The notes below the pieces were generated by a model. That model made no database searches. It was not told the DNA's origin and worked only from the letters and a program-made list of their open reading frames with translations. The position numbers were made by a program, and so were the translations under genes. A stretch of 64,000 bases of DNA from Thecamonas trahens ATCC 50062 (lineage: Eukaryota > Protista > Apusomonadida): positions 1,163 to 65,162 of the forward strand of contig NW_013657644.1 in NCBI RefSeq assembly GCF_000142905.1, given 5' to 3'. Position 1 is the stretch's first letter. Every line of letters starts with the position of its first letter. This document shows, one piece after another, positions 10,595 through 23,100 of the stretch.

Positions 10595-13191
10595 ACGACG
10601 ACGCCGAGTTCGACACAGACGATGCGAAAGAGGCTGATGACGACAGTGCCTCGGTCGCCGTCGACGACGCCGACGTTGCGGACGTGTCCGATCCCGAGCT
10701 GCTGGTGCTTGACGAGGTCTTGGCGCTACGGGCGGAAGGCGACGAACGCTTCGACCGCAAACTGGTCTCACCGCGCGACGACGAGGTGGCCTTGGCCATG
10801 GCCGACTGTCCTTTGCGCGCATGCTTGGCCTGCTTCTTTTGGAGCGCGCGTTGTTCTGAGGCGACCTCCTTGGCAACGCTGGTGCGTTCCCGCATTGACT
10901 TGGAGGCCTTCTTGGAATACTTGGCGGCAGCATCCTTGTCACCCGCCATGTGCGCCGCGTGTGCCTTGCGCTGCGCGTCGGCGGTCTTGGCATCGAGCTG
11001 GGCCATCTTGTTGAAAAGCTTAGCTTGCTTGACCTGCGAGGCTGCCACCGCCTTGCGGTGATCAGCGGAAGCAGTGACGCTGGCTATGGCGTTAGCGTCG
11101 AGCGCTGGCGCAGCCGATGGGCGCGGGCCGGACCAGGAGTTGTAGCCGGCTGGTGGGCGAGCCCTGCGGCTGTTGACCGGCATCGAGAGCGAGTTGAATC
11201 CGGCGGGTGCCATCGATTGCGGCGGCGGCGAGCGCGTGGGAGGCGTGGCCCCTCCAGGTGCCCGCGGCAGAGACCCGAACCCGGTGCCCGAATGAGACGA
11301 GACGTTGCCGCCCGCACTCGCAGCGGAGCTCACGGCCATACCGCCTCCAGCCGCGGGGCCTGTGTTTGCACCTTGCCCTGACTCTGCCGTCGTGTTGACG
11401 CTCAATCGATTGTCATTGCCAGCTCCCATCGCGGTCGACCTCGCTTTGGTGCTTGTACCCAGGCTCGACGCCGCTGCTCCAACGCTGCGGGCGTCAGCAC
11501 CTTGCCGCGACACAGTAGCCGCTGGCATCGTTGGCATGTGGTACCTCACGCCTGTGCTCGATCCCTTTCGCGCTCCAGGTGCACCTTCCCCGGCGTGGCC
11601 ATACTGTCCCGGGTTGCAGCGCCAGTGCTGGAGACTGCAGTTGAGGTCGCGGCCCTGTGTCCAGCCGGTTCCGTCGCAAGCGCAGCACTTGGTGCTGCCG
11701 AGCTAGATGCCACTCTTGCCCTGGAGCTTGGCGTCGCACTTGCCGATCCCATGTGCGAGCCAGACCACACACCGGCTGCTGGACCAGACATTCCATGCCC
11801 GCTCACACCACCAGTGCCCGACATCGCGCTCACGGGACCGCCCTGTCCACCTGACGCGACTCTGGCACCAGCACCGGGAGCCACAGACACAGTCTGCACC
11901 CCGGCTCCAGATCCATACATCGCACTTGCTGATCCCATGTGCGAGCCAGACCAAACACCGGCTGCTGGACCAGACACCGCATATCTCGGCCTGTATCCGC
12001 CATCCCAGGGTGCAAATGTATACCCACCCATTCCGCCGGGGCCGGACATCAGGTACACGGGACCGCTGTTGCTACCAGGTACAACTCCAGCGTCAGTAGT
12101 CGATGTCGCCCCGCCATCATCTGGCTCCGCAGACGCAACCTGCACCCCGGCTCCAGAACCATACATCGCGCTTGCCGATCCCATGTGCGAGCCAGACCAC
12201 GCACCGGCTGCTGGACCAGACATTCCATGCCCGCTCACACCACCAGTGCCCGACATTGCGCTCACGGAACCGCCCTGTCCACCTGATGCGACCCCGGCAC
12301 CAGCACCGGGAGCCACAGACACAGTCTGCACCCCGGCTCCAGATCCATACATCGCACTTGCCGATCCCATGTGCGAGCCAGACCACGCACCGGCTGCTGG
12401 ACCAGGCATTCCATGCCCGCTCACACCACCAGTGCTCGACATCACCCACACAGGACCGCTGTCTCCGCCAGGCGCGACTCCGACTCCAGCGCTAATAATC
12501 GCCACCGCCGCACTCTGGTCGACTGCAGCATCCGTCACATTGACCGCACTATCATCCACTTTGCCAGGGCCGGTAGTCATCGCATACCACGATGGGACAA
12601 GTTGGACTGGCGTTGCGGCCGGAGCCAGCGGCCAAGCGCGACCGCTAACGTTGACACCGCTACTGGCGCCGAGTACACCCCCGAGCGCGCCGCCGAACCG
12701 CACCACCACCTTCACGTGCCGCACATATTGCGGGCTACAGCGCTTGCGAGCGATGACAATGTTAGACACTGGTACCGCAAACGGCAGTGTCATGCACGTC
12801 GACGAGTACAGCGCCCAGGTTGACCACTTGCGGAACAAATCCTCCGCGAGAGCCACGAACCGACCGCAGCCCACAGGAAGACAACGCCCGCAAGGTGAAA
12901 GTCAAGGACGCCCGGATGGACGCCAAAGCCCACTCCCTGCAGCATGTCCACCAGTGCCTGCCGCGTCAACCCGCGTCCCAGCACCTTGCGCTCGCTGCCC
13001 ATGCTGCGGGTCAGGCGCTCGAAATGTTCGTTAGCCACCTGAGCCAACGGCTGAATAGCCTCTTCCTCCCTGCCGGCCAATCCACTGACTACATCCGCAC
13101 GACCACTGTCTGCAGCACATGAAACAACTTCAACGTTCTCCTTTTCGCTTGCAACTGCAACGCCTGTCTTGCTCATTGCTGCACTTGCCAT
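10035..13191 (-). CDS. Large low-complexity Gly/Ser-repeat protein with C-terminal YEYVYE motifs (two inferred -1 frameshifts, ~12877 and 11588-11591)
   Basis: Three successive minus-strand ORFs, each offset by -1, join into a continuous protein starting at ATG 13191. Confidence 0.5.
11736..12440. repeat. Coding tandem repeat, about 4 copies with periods 186/246/186 bp
   Basis: Anchor GATCCCATGTGCGAGCCAGACC at 11745, 11931, 12177 and 12363. Confidence 0.92.
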
Positions 13192-13285
13192 GCTACAGTC
13201 GGCTCGATTAAGAGAGAGATATGACGACACTGTCGCTTTTTCTCTGCCGCACTTTAGCACCCAGCCATCTCGCCACAAACGCAAC

Positions 13286-14104
13286 TCATGACGAATCGCT
13301 GTCAGACTCGCTACCCGACTCGCTCTCCGACTCATTCGAGCACGAGCTGGAGCTAGCGCTAGCGCTGGCACTGGCACTGGTGCTGTTGCTAGCACCACCA
13401 ATCAAGGCCACCAGTCTGTCCGTCTGCTGGCCACCGATCCGCTGCCAAACGAGCTGCAGCTGCCGGGCATGCGCGACGTAGGCCCGGCGAAGGCGAAAAT
13501 GCGCTGCCGCAGCCGCGCGCCCGGCCTCGGCATGAGTTCCTGCCAGCCGCCGTGCCTCGTCGAGATGGTCGCGAACACGGGCGTAGTCGCCACCAAACGC
13601 TGCCAGCCGTGCAAAGTGATGTGCCGCCCCAATCTTGCGATACGCTTCGATCCACATGCGCTGCGCCTCGCTGATCTCGCCCTGGATTTCACTCACCTGA
13701 GCAGCCAGCTCGCTGCGGAGCGTCGCTAACTCGCCCGCAGCCTCTTCATCTACCAGTGGTCGCGGCTGCGGCGGAACCAGCCCGTACATCGACCCCGACC
13801 GCGCTGCATACACGCCTCCGTATCCGCTACCGTACCCGCTCGCCAGCCCGCTGCTTCGTCCGCCAATGTAGCCATACCCGCTCATCGTCTTGCGCATCGG
13901 ACCCGATCTCAGTCTCTCCCTCGCCGCCCGACTGCCACCATTCCATGACCGCACGCCTGTTCCCAACGTCTCTCGGGCCCCACCTGCACCGCCACCAACG
14001 ACACCACCACCAACGACACCACCACCACCACCACCACCACCAAGATGTAGCTGCCCACGGTAATACCGTGGGACTAGCGGATGTGCAACACTGGTCATAT
14101 CCAT
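13286..14104 (-). CDS. Hypothetical protein (Gly-rich N-terminus, helical core, Ser/acidic tail)
   Basis: 272-codon ATG ORF with protein-like composition. Confidence 0.55.
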   Translation of the reverse strand: MDMTSVAHPLVPRYYRGQLHLGGGGGGGGVVGGGVVGGGAGGARETLGTGVRSWNGGSRAARERLRSGPMRKTMSGYGYIGGRSSGLASGYGSGYGGVYAARSGSMYGLVPPQPRPLVDEEAAGELATLRSELAAQVSEIQGEISEAQRMWIEAYRKIGAAHHFARLAAFGGDYARVRDHLDEARRLAGTHAEAGRAAAAAHFRLRRAYVAHARQLQLVWQRIGGQQTDRLVALIGGASNSTSASASASASSSSCSNESESESGSESDSDSS

Positions 14105-14236
14105 TCTTTCTCCACCAACAACTACAGTTCCACGAGGAGTGTCCCTTTCACCCCCCCCCCCGTCCCGTCCCTCCAGTCCTTGCTCCCCGTCACTTCACCC
14201 CCCTCCCCCCCCCCACCACACACACAGACCCTGACC

Positions 14237-15169
14237 ATGTCGCTCAGTAGCACCAGTCGAGGATTCCACATGCGGGATCCAAGTAGAACACCATACAAAC
14301 ATCTTGCCTTTGCACACTCACTGGCTCTCCTTCTCCTTGCCCTTGGCATGTACGGATGGGCGCTCCGCAACTCACTGGCAACACACAAAGGCTTTGATCT
14401 CGGCGCTCCGGTCTTTGTTCTCCTCGCTCTGGCTGGTGTATGTGGCTGCTACGCTGCTGCTGATCGCTCGACCCTTTACTCGGCCGTCCATCTTGCTGCC
14501 CTTGCCACTGCACTGGCAGGTGTCGTCGGCGTCTACGGCGTCTCGCTCGGCGCTGTCAATGTGTGCGGACGGAGCGACGCGAGCTGCTTGACTGGCGATG
14601 CGCTGCAGAAGGAGAACATCGAGCTTGCACTGCCGCTGGCTGGATGGATTCTGTGGTGCGGTGGTGGAATGGTCGTTGTCGGCCTGGCCACGGTCTCAGA
14701 CGAGGTCCCGCCCGACGCCCGCATCTCGCCCTTCCTCAACGTCGGTGCCGGCTCGCTCCTACCTCGCGCAGTCTTTGGCATTGCGCTGGCCAACCTCGCC
14801 GGCGGCACCGCGGCCTTTGTCCAAGCATGCGTCGCCTCGCTGCAGACCTCCCGCCTCGCTGCGGGCGTCATCGGCTTCCCGCTGCCTATGCTCGCCGGCG
14901 TCACCGGCCTCTTTGCTGCCCGCTCGCGCTTTCCATCCTACGCCCGCCTCCACTTTGCCACGCTGGTCGCCTCCCTGGCTGCCACCCTTGTCACGTACGT
15001 CTTCCAGCTTGCCCGCCAGGACGACGACAACGCGCCTATTGTCCGCGATGGCGTCCTTCTCGGTGCATGGGTGATCTCCGGCCTGGTAGCCACTGCCGTC
15101 GCCTCGCGCCACGTCGCCTACGTCACCGACAAGTGGCAAGAGTCGGCCACGCTCCGCATCATCCGCTAG
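14237..15169 (+). CDS. Multi-pass membrane protein (~8 TM) with internal duplication
   Basis: Hydrophobic segments; the two halves resemble each other (LAGVCGCYAAADRSTLYSAVHLAAL vs LAGVTGLFAARSRFPSYARLHFATL). Confidence 0.7.
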   Translation: MSLSSTSRGFHMRDPSRTPYKHLAFAHSLALLLLALGMYGWALRNSLATHKGFDLGAPVFVLLALAGVCGCYAAADRSTLYSAVHLAALATALAGVVGVYGVSLGAVNVCGRSDASCLTGDALQKENIELALPLAGWILWCGGGMVVVGLATVSDEVPPDARISPFLNVGAGSLLPRAVFGIALANLAGGTAAFVQACVASLQTSRLAAGVIGFPLPMLAGVTGLFAARSRFPSYARLHFATLVASLAATLVTYVFQLARQDDDNAPIVRDGVLLGAWVISGLVATAVASRHVAYVTDKWQESATLRIIR

Positions 15170-15178
15170 CCACCGCAT

Positions 15179-15496
15179 TCACTGCCGCAGATCGCGCCGC
15201 AGTATCGCAGACACCTTGCGCAGCCGCGCCATGTACTTGGCCCGGTGCTTGGACGACATCGAGATGTTGTTGAACGCATCCTGCCAGACTGCCACTCCGC
15301 GCTGCAGCGTGTACTTGTCCACCCCGCGCGCCTCCATCATCCCGATGAACAGCTCGGCGTCAAAGAAGCTCTCGACCAGCCGATGATAGCACTGCGCGTC
15401 AAACACATCCTGCGGCCTCGTCGCATTGACATTGAGCCCCACGACGCCATCACCAAGCCCTCCAGTCATCCCTGCCCCAGCCATGATCCCAGCCAT
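15179..15496 (-). CDS. Small hypothetical protein
   Basis: 105-aa ATG ORF with coding-like codon use, convergent with the previous gene. Confidence 0.45.
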   Translation of the reverse strand: MAGIMAGAGMTGGLGDGVVGLNVNATRPQDVFDAQCYHRLVESFFDAELFIGMMEARGVDKYTLQRGVAVWQDAFNNISMSSKHRAKYMARLRKVSAILRRDLRQ

Positions 15497-15878
15497 TCCA
15501 TCCCCGCTCGCGTAGCTGGCCTTGATCCCCGCCGCCCGCCGCGCCTCTTCGCGCTCTCGCTCGCCCTAAGCCCCTTCCGCGTGAGTCCCCACCGCATCAT
15601 CACGCTCCGCACCGTCTCCTCTCCACATCCACCCCGCCCTACACACCTACCCGGATCCCACCGCCNNNNNNNNNNNNNNNNNNNNNNNNNNNNNNNNNNN
15701 NNNNNNNNNNNNNNNNNNNNNNNNNNNNNNNNNNNNNNNNNNNNNNNNNNNNNNNNNNNNNNNNNNNNNNNNNNNNNNNNNNNNNNNNNNNNNNNNNNNN
15801 NNNNNNNNNNNNNNNNNNNNNNNNNNNNNNNNNNNNNNNNNNNNNNNNNNNNNNNNNNNNNNNNNNNNNNNNNNNNCC

Positions 15879-17120
<1,242 letters not shown>

Positions 17121-17148
17121 ATCATTCCCATCCCTACTCTCCTTCTCT

Positions 17149-20100
17149 TTACCACGGCGCGCACCAGCCCTGGAAGCAGACACACAGGTTCTCGTGCGCC
17201 GTCGCATCGCGGATGAGCCGGTCGACCTGCTCGCTGACACCCAGCTTGACGCCCGGGTCAAAGTCGCGCCCAACGAGCTTATCCGCCACCCGGTCCACCA
17301 CCCGCCGCGCCTTGGCGTTGAGGTCGGTCCCGCCGGCGCCGGCGTCCACGTTGAGCCGCCACGAGACGAGCGGGTCGTGGATAAACGCCTCGAGCACCGC
17401 CATCAGCGAGTCGCGGTTGTTGCGCAGCAGCTCCATCACGTCTTCGCACGTCGCCCGGAAGTTGCCCTCGATCCCGGCCACGTGCATGGCGTTGACCATA
17501 AACCGCGTCAGCCGGAACGGCACCTTTTCCGCGTAACGCTCGCGGAGCATCGCCACTTCGAAGCAGTCGCCGTAGTCGACGTGGAGCACCTTGCCCGACC
17601 ACCGGTCAAACATGATGTTTGACGGGTGCCGGTCGCCGAGCCCGAGCACGTACCCAACCATCGACATCACCGCCAACGACTGCGTGTACGCTAGCCGCTT
17701 CTCGTACCACACCTCGGCGTTCGGCGACTTGAGCCAGAAAATGTTAGCCAGGTCCTTGCCGTCTGTCGCCTCCAGCGCAGCCTCAAACGCTTCCAGCTTT
17801 TGCACAACCGTGAGCGTGTCAAACTTGGACGGGCCCATGTCGCGCATCACCGCGTGCTCCTTGTCCAGCGGAATCCGCCGCTCCCGCCGATACTCCTTCA
17901 TCAGCGAGTGGAACGTGTCGTAGTCCGCCACCCACCACAGCAGGCCCGAGTTGGGCGAGAGCGGAATGACCTCGTACGTCTCGATCGACAGCCGCTTCCG
18001 CGCGGTCACCGCCTCGGTCCCCAGCAAGAGATTAACCAGGTGGAAGAGCTGCATCGCACGCGCGTCCTGTCGCAAGTCTTCGTGCCCCTTCAGCAAGTAC
18101 CGGTACCGCAGCCCGTCAGAGCCGCGGATGCTCAGCTGCCGCGGCCGCTGTTTCGATTGGATGATCGCCACAGTCGGCACAAACGACTCGATTCGCGCCA
18201 ACTCTGCCTCACCCGCACGGTACACGCCGGGCACCGCCAGCGACAGTCCCGACAGCGCCCGGAGCTCAGGCGACGTGTGCTCCAGGTTGAACGACGTCTG
18301 CAGCGGAAGCTGCTGCTGAAGCTGCCGGAACACGTGCAGGTACGAGTCCCAGGCCCGCGTCAAGTCGTCCTCGGCCTTGGTCACCATATACCGCCTCACA
18401 AGCTCGTACGCGTCCTTGAGTGGCTTGCCAAAGCTCTGCACAAACGCCACCTCGTTGGTCGTCCGCGGGCCCGCGGCCATCATTCGGTGCAACGGCGTGA
18501 GCACCTCAAGCATCCCGTTGAGGTCCTTGTGCCCAAAGTAACAACGCGACGCCTCGTCAATGCCCTCGAACCACAGCTCGGCCCAGAGAATCGAGACACG
18601 AATGAGCTCCTGCGACACAAGCGCCGCCTCGTCCACAAGCAGCGCAGAGTGCGCACGCATGCCGTTGAGCAGCGCCTCCGCCGCGGCCACTCGCTCCGCC
18701 GACTGCGACTTGGCCGCCACCCACAGTGGGAACACCAGCGCCTGCGGGTGCTCGCGCGCCAGCGATGAGAGCAGCGTGTGGATCGACGCAGACACCGCTG
18801 CGTCCGTGTTGTGAATCCGCGCGATAATCTGTGGCACCACGTTGAGCCAGATCCGGGACGGAATCTGCACAAACGACGCCTGCACCAGCTCAAGCACTTT
18901 GCTCTCGTGTCCGTACGTGAACCAGAGTGTCACAAGACGGAGCAGGTCCGGCAGCACGTCCGTCTGTCGCATGCAAATCGCCCGCACAAAGCCCTGCACA
19001 GCCGCAACCACGTACTTGATCACCGTCGAGCCCGAGCCACCGCTCCCACTCCGCACACGCTCGCCGCTCCGCCGCAGCGGCCCGCCCCGGCCGCTTCTGC
19101 CCATCCCATCGCTGCCAAGCTCCTCGCCGTCCTCGTCAGAGTCCGACAGCTCCAGCGACGAGACCGACGACGAGAGCTCGAGCTCGTCGCCGCCGCCGCT
19201 GCCAAACCCATTGCTTCCAATCCCGGTCTCGGTTCCAGCTCCAGCCCCAGCTCCGGCTGCCGCGGCAGCGCCAGACCCTGCCCCCACTCCGGCCTCGGCA
19301 TCCGCCGCTGCCCGGATCAGCTCTGCATTCATCATGCCCCACTCGTGCCACGCCTCGTACCACTCCATGTAGTACGCCGTCGCTGCATGGAACGCATGCA
19401 GAATGCCAGACACCGCCTCGGCCTCAACACGCCCGCCCCCGTCGAGCATCACCGCCTTCTTCCACTTGCCGAGGTCCAAGTACGCCTGCGCCAACGCCTC
19501 AGAGTCGTCCGTAATGTGCTGCACAAACTCGGAGAGCGCCGCAATCGCAGCCTCACGCTCACCAGACGCCCACATGTTCCGCAGCGCCGCAAGCGAAACC
19601 CATGGCTTGGACGGCGCAAGCCCCGACGCCGGCGATGCGTGCGGCGCAAGGAGCGAGACCAGCGTCTGGTGCGAGAGCGAAATGTGCTTCGACGAAAGAC
19701 AAATCGACGCAAACCGCACGAGCACGTCCTCCTGCTCCTCCGGCTTGAGCGCAAGAGACCGCACCGCAAGCAGCTGCTGCCACACCTGCACGTTCTCCGT
19801 CACCCCGTACAGCCGCTTCACCCACACCTCGCGCCGCAGCGACCGCACCTCCGGCGACTCACACTCCTTGTACGCAATCACCTCCTCAAGCTCCGCGAGC
19901 TGCTGCACGCGCACAAGCAGCGAGTACGCCCGGTTGTACGACTCGTCCACCAGCGCCACAACCTGCGTCGAGAGCACGTCGCGCGCAAGCTCGATGTACG
20001 CACGCGCACGCGGGTACTCGCCCTTGTGCACCGCAAGCACCGCATGGAAGAACGCGCCCTCCACAGTACCGGGATCCAGCTGCGAAATATACGTCGCTGC

Positions 20101-23100
20101 CTGGTCCCATGCGCCCAGCGACCACGCCGCCGTCGCCGCCAGCGGTGCCACAAGCCGCCGCGCTTCCTCGGGTGACGACGAGTACACAGACTGCGAGAGC
20201 GAGTCCACCGCAGACCACTCGCCGAGGGCAGAGTGGCACCGCATCATCCCCACAAGATTCTCCGCGTTGAGCGGGTCGCTCGCCGCCAGGCTCTGGTACT
20301 CGGCAAGTGCGTTGTTCCACTGCCCGAGTGTCTCGTACATCGACGAGTTGAGCTCGATGTTGTGGTACCGCTTGGCGTCCACAAGCACGCCTGATGCCGC
20401 CTCGGCGTCCTGCAGCTGGTGGTTAATGGCAATGAGCTCTTCCACAAGCGCCACGTCCTTCACCTCTTGTGCCTCGTACTCGAGCTCCTTGTACCGCAGC
20501 GCCTTGGCGTACGCGCGGCACGAGACAGCGAGCTCACCCAGCGACCGGATTGGAATCGGCAGCGCCTGCGAGTTGCGGTCCATGTACTCGGCAAGATTGA
20601 GCAGTTGCTGCAGAATCTCTGCCGGAATCGGCGCGTCAAGCGCGTCGCGCACACACCGCACAAGCTTCTCGCGCGCGCCCTCGTCCAGCTCGGTCCAGCA
20701 CGAGAGAAACGCTGCGTTGAACAGCTGTCGTGCCAGGGGATAGTAGCTCTGTGCCATCGTCCCGCACGCACGCAGCGCAGGCGCCGAGCTCTGCTTCAGC
20801 TGCATAACAGACACCCGCCGGATCCACTGCATCCACTCTTCCTTGGTCGTCACCTGCACAATCCGCCACGCCCCAAGCAGCGGCCGCGTCGAGACCGTCA
20901 TCTTGCCCGGCGCACGGGTCCCGGCCCGCAGCGTGGCCTCGGTCTCGTCGAGCCCGGTCGCGCGCGACCACGGCAGCGACTCCGGCAGCTCCGCTCCAAC
21001 CGTCAGCGCTCGCGCCAGTCCGTCAAAGCCCTCATTGTGGACCGCGAGGTGCGTAAACGTCGACGTAATCGCCGGAAGGAAGATCTTGTATTGCTTCCCG
21101 AGATGTGCCGCAAACACGCCGAGCACCCAAACCGCAGACTGGATGAGCTCGCGCCCAGACGCCGAGCTGAGCCCGCCCGCCCCGGCCTCGCCGCTACCGC
21201 CGCCGTCTCCAGTGCCGCCGTCGTCGTCGCCCTTGCCCGACACTACGCTTCCGCCATCGTGACCACCGATGCCAGGGCCAGCGCTCAGGTGGCCTGATCC
21301 CGCTCCACCGCCGACCGGCGACGCAAACGACATCGAGAGCGAGAGCGAGGAGAGCCCCAACCCGCCGCCAGCCCCACTCACCGACCCGTCGTCGCCGCCG
21401 CCGGCCCCGACCCCGCGGTAGTCAATAACCCCGAGTGCAGATCCCGAGCCACCGCGGCTAACACGCATCCCGCCCTCGATCACCGCAAGCAGTGCGTGAA
21501 TGATCCGAGACGCGTGCGCAGAAAAGTTGTGCACAAGCAGGAGTGAGCCGAGCGTTTGAACCGCTGTCAGCCGCGTCCGCACCGGCACGAGCTCAGACTC
21601 AAACATGTGGATAATCGCCTCGAGCACAAGATCCGCATAGTGGTCGAGCGCAGAGCCAAAGGTCTGGAAGCCCGCCAGAATCCGCGGCCCGTTGAAGACC
21701 GGCTCCGCCTCGAGCATGCCCAGCAACCGCGGGAGCAGCCGCGGGAGGAACGACTTAAAGTCGTCCGGCAGAATGATGGAGATTTCTTCCACCAGCGCCA
21801 CAAGCTGGTTCACAATCGACGCGTCCCAGTACGTCACCACAAGATCAAAGAGCTGCGGGAGGAACGGCCGGATGTGCTGCTTGACCGTGTGCACCAGCGT
21901 CGAGAGGTTCTGAAAGAGCGACTCGCGGTAGACAGGCTCGCACGACCGGATGAGCGGGAAGAGAACAGGAATGAACTCCTTGAGGAACGGCGCCGTCTTG
22001 TTCATCCCAATCGAGTGGAAGATCTGCATCAGCGCTGAGACCGCAAGCTTGTGGTGCCGCGCGAGCGTCGAGCTCTTGAGCACGTACATGACGCACGCCA
22101 CCGCCACCTGCTCATAGTACTCGCCCGACGACGGCGACAGCAGCCGTAGCTGCGACGCCAGCGGCAGCTCCTGCTCCTCCTCTGACGGTGGCGGTGCGCC
22201 GGTCCCAGACCCGTCCCCGCCGCCCGCTCCACCTCCTTCGCTCGTCAACGCCAGGCTACCGGCCCCGCTCTTGGGCTTGGCGCGCTTCGACGACGCCTGC
22301 TCGTGCGCCACCCGCGCCTGCTCGGCAATGACAAACGGGTCGAGCGCTCCCAGCGATCCGATGACCTTGATGACCAGCCGCCGGATCGCCACCTGCTGCG
22401 ATGTCTTGAGCACGTTGAGCAATGTCGTGAGCAGGTGCGGGTAGTCGATGTACGGCTGAATGACCGTTCCAGTGTTGACCACAAAGTCGCCAAGCGTCCG
22501 CAGCGCCACATACCGCTTCACCGTCGACGACGAGTCCGACAGCGCCTTCATCAGGAGCGGGAGGAGCGTGTGGACATAGACCGTCAGCTGCGAGCCGCCC
22601 ACGTGGCAGCACTCGCCAATCGCCCGGAGCACGTGCGCGTTGAGCAACGGGTTGTCGCCGTCGGCAAGCATCGGAAGCAGCCGCTTCATGATCGGCTGCA
22701 CGTAGTGCTTGGCCACCGCCGGGCAGGCGTGGATGAGAATGCCGAGCATGTGCGCCGCCTCCTCGCGAGTCACAGGGTCCAGCGAGAGCTCCAGCAGCGT
22801 GAGCAGCCGCATCAGTGTCGACCGCATTGCAGGCAGCACATACGCCGGATTTTTGGTCGAGAGCCGGCCCACAATCCGGAGGCCCATCTCGCGAATCCGG
22901 AGCACTGGGTCGTTGACCGTGAAGAAAAACGCCCGCAGATTGTCTTCTTGCGCCAGAAACAGGTCGAGCGTGTGCTCCGAGACCCCGGTCTCGCCGCTCG
23001 CCCGCCCAGGCTCTGCGAGCGGGTTGAGTTCCTGCGGCGGATGCGAGTTCGCTGCACCGCCCGAGTCGCCCTTGGTCAGCGCCGCCACTTCGGCGGCGTG

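Noticed and set aside
11736-12440. CRISPR-like or transposon repeat array
   Set aside because: Units are long, in-frame, coding tandem repeats without unique spacers, in a eukaryotic context.
11502-13034. 510-aa plus-strand repeat ORF
   Set aside because: Probably the antisense shadow of the minus-strand gene, which links to ORFs on both sides.
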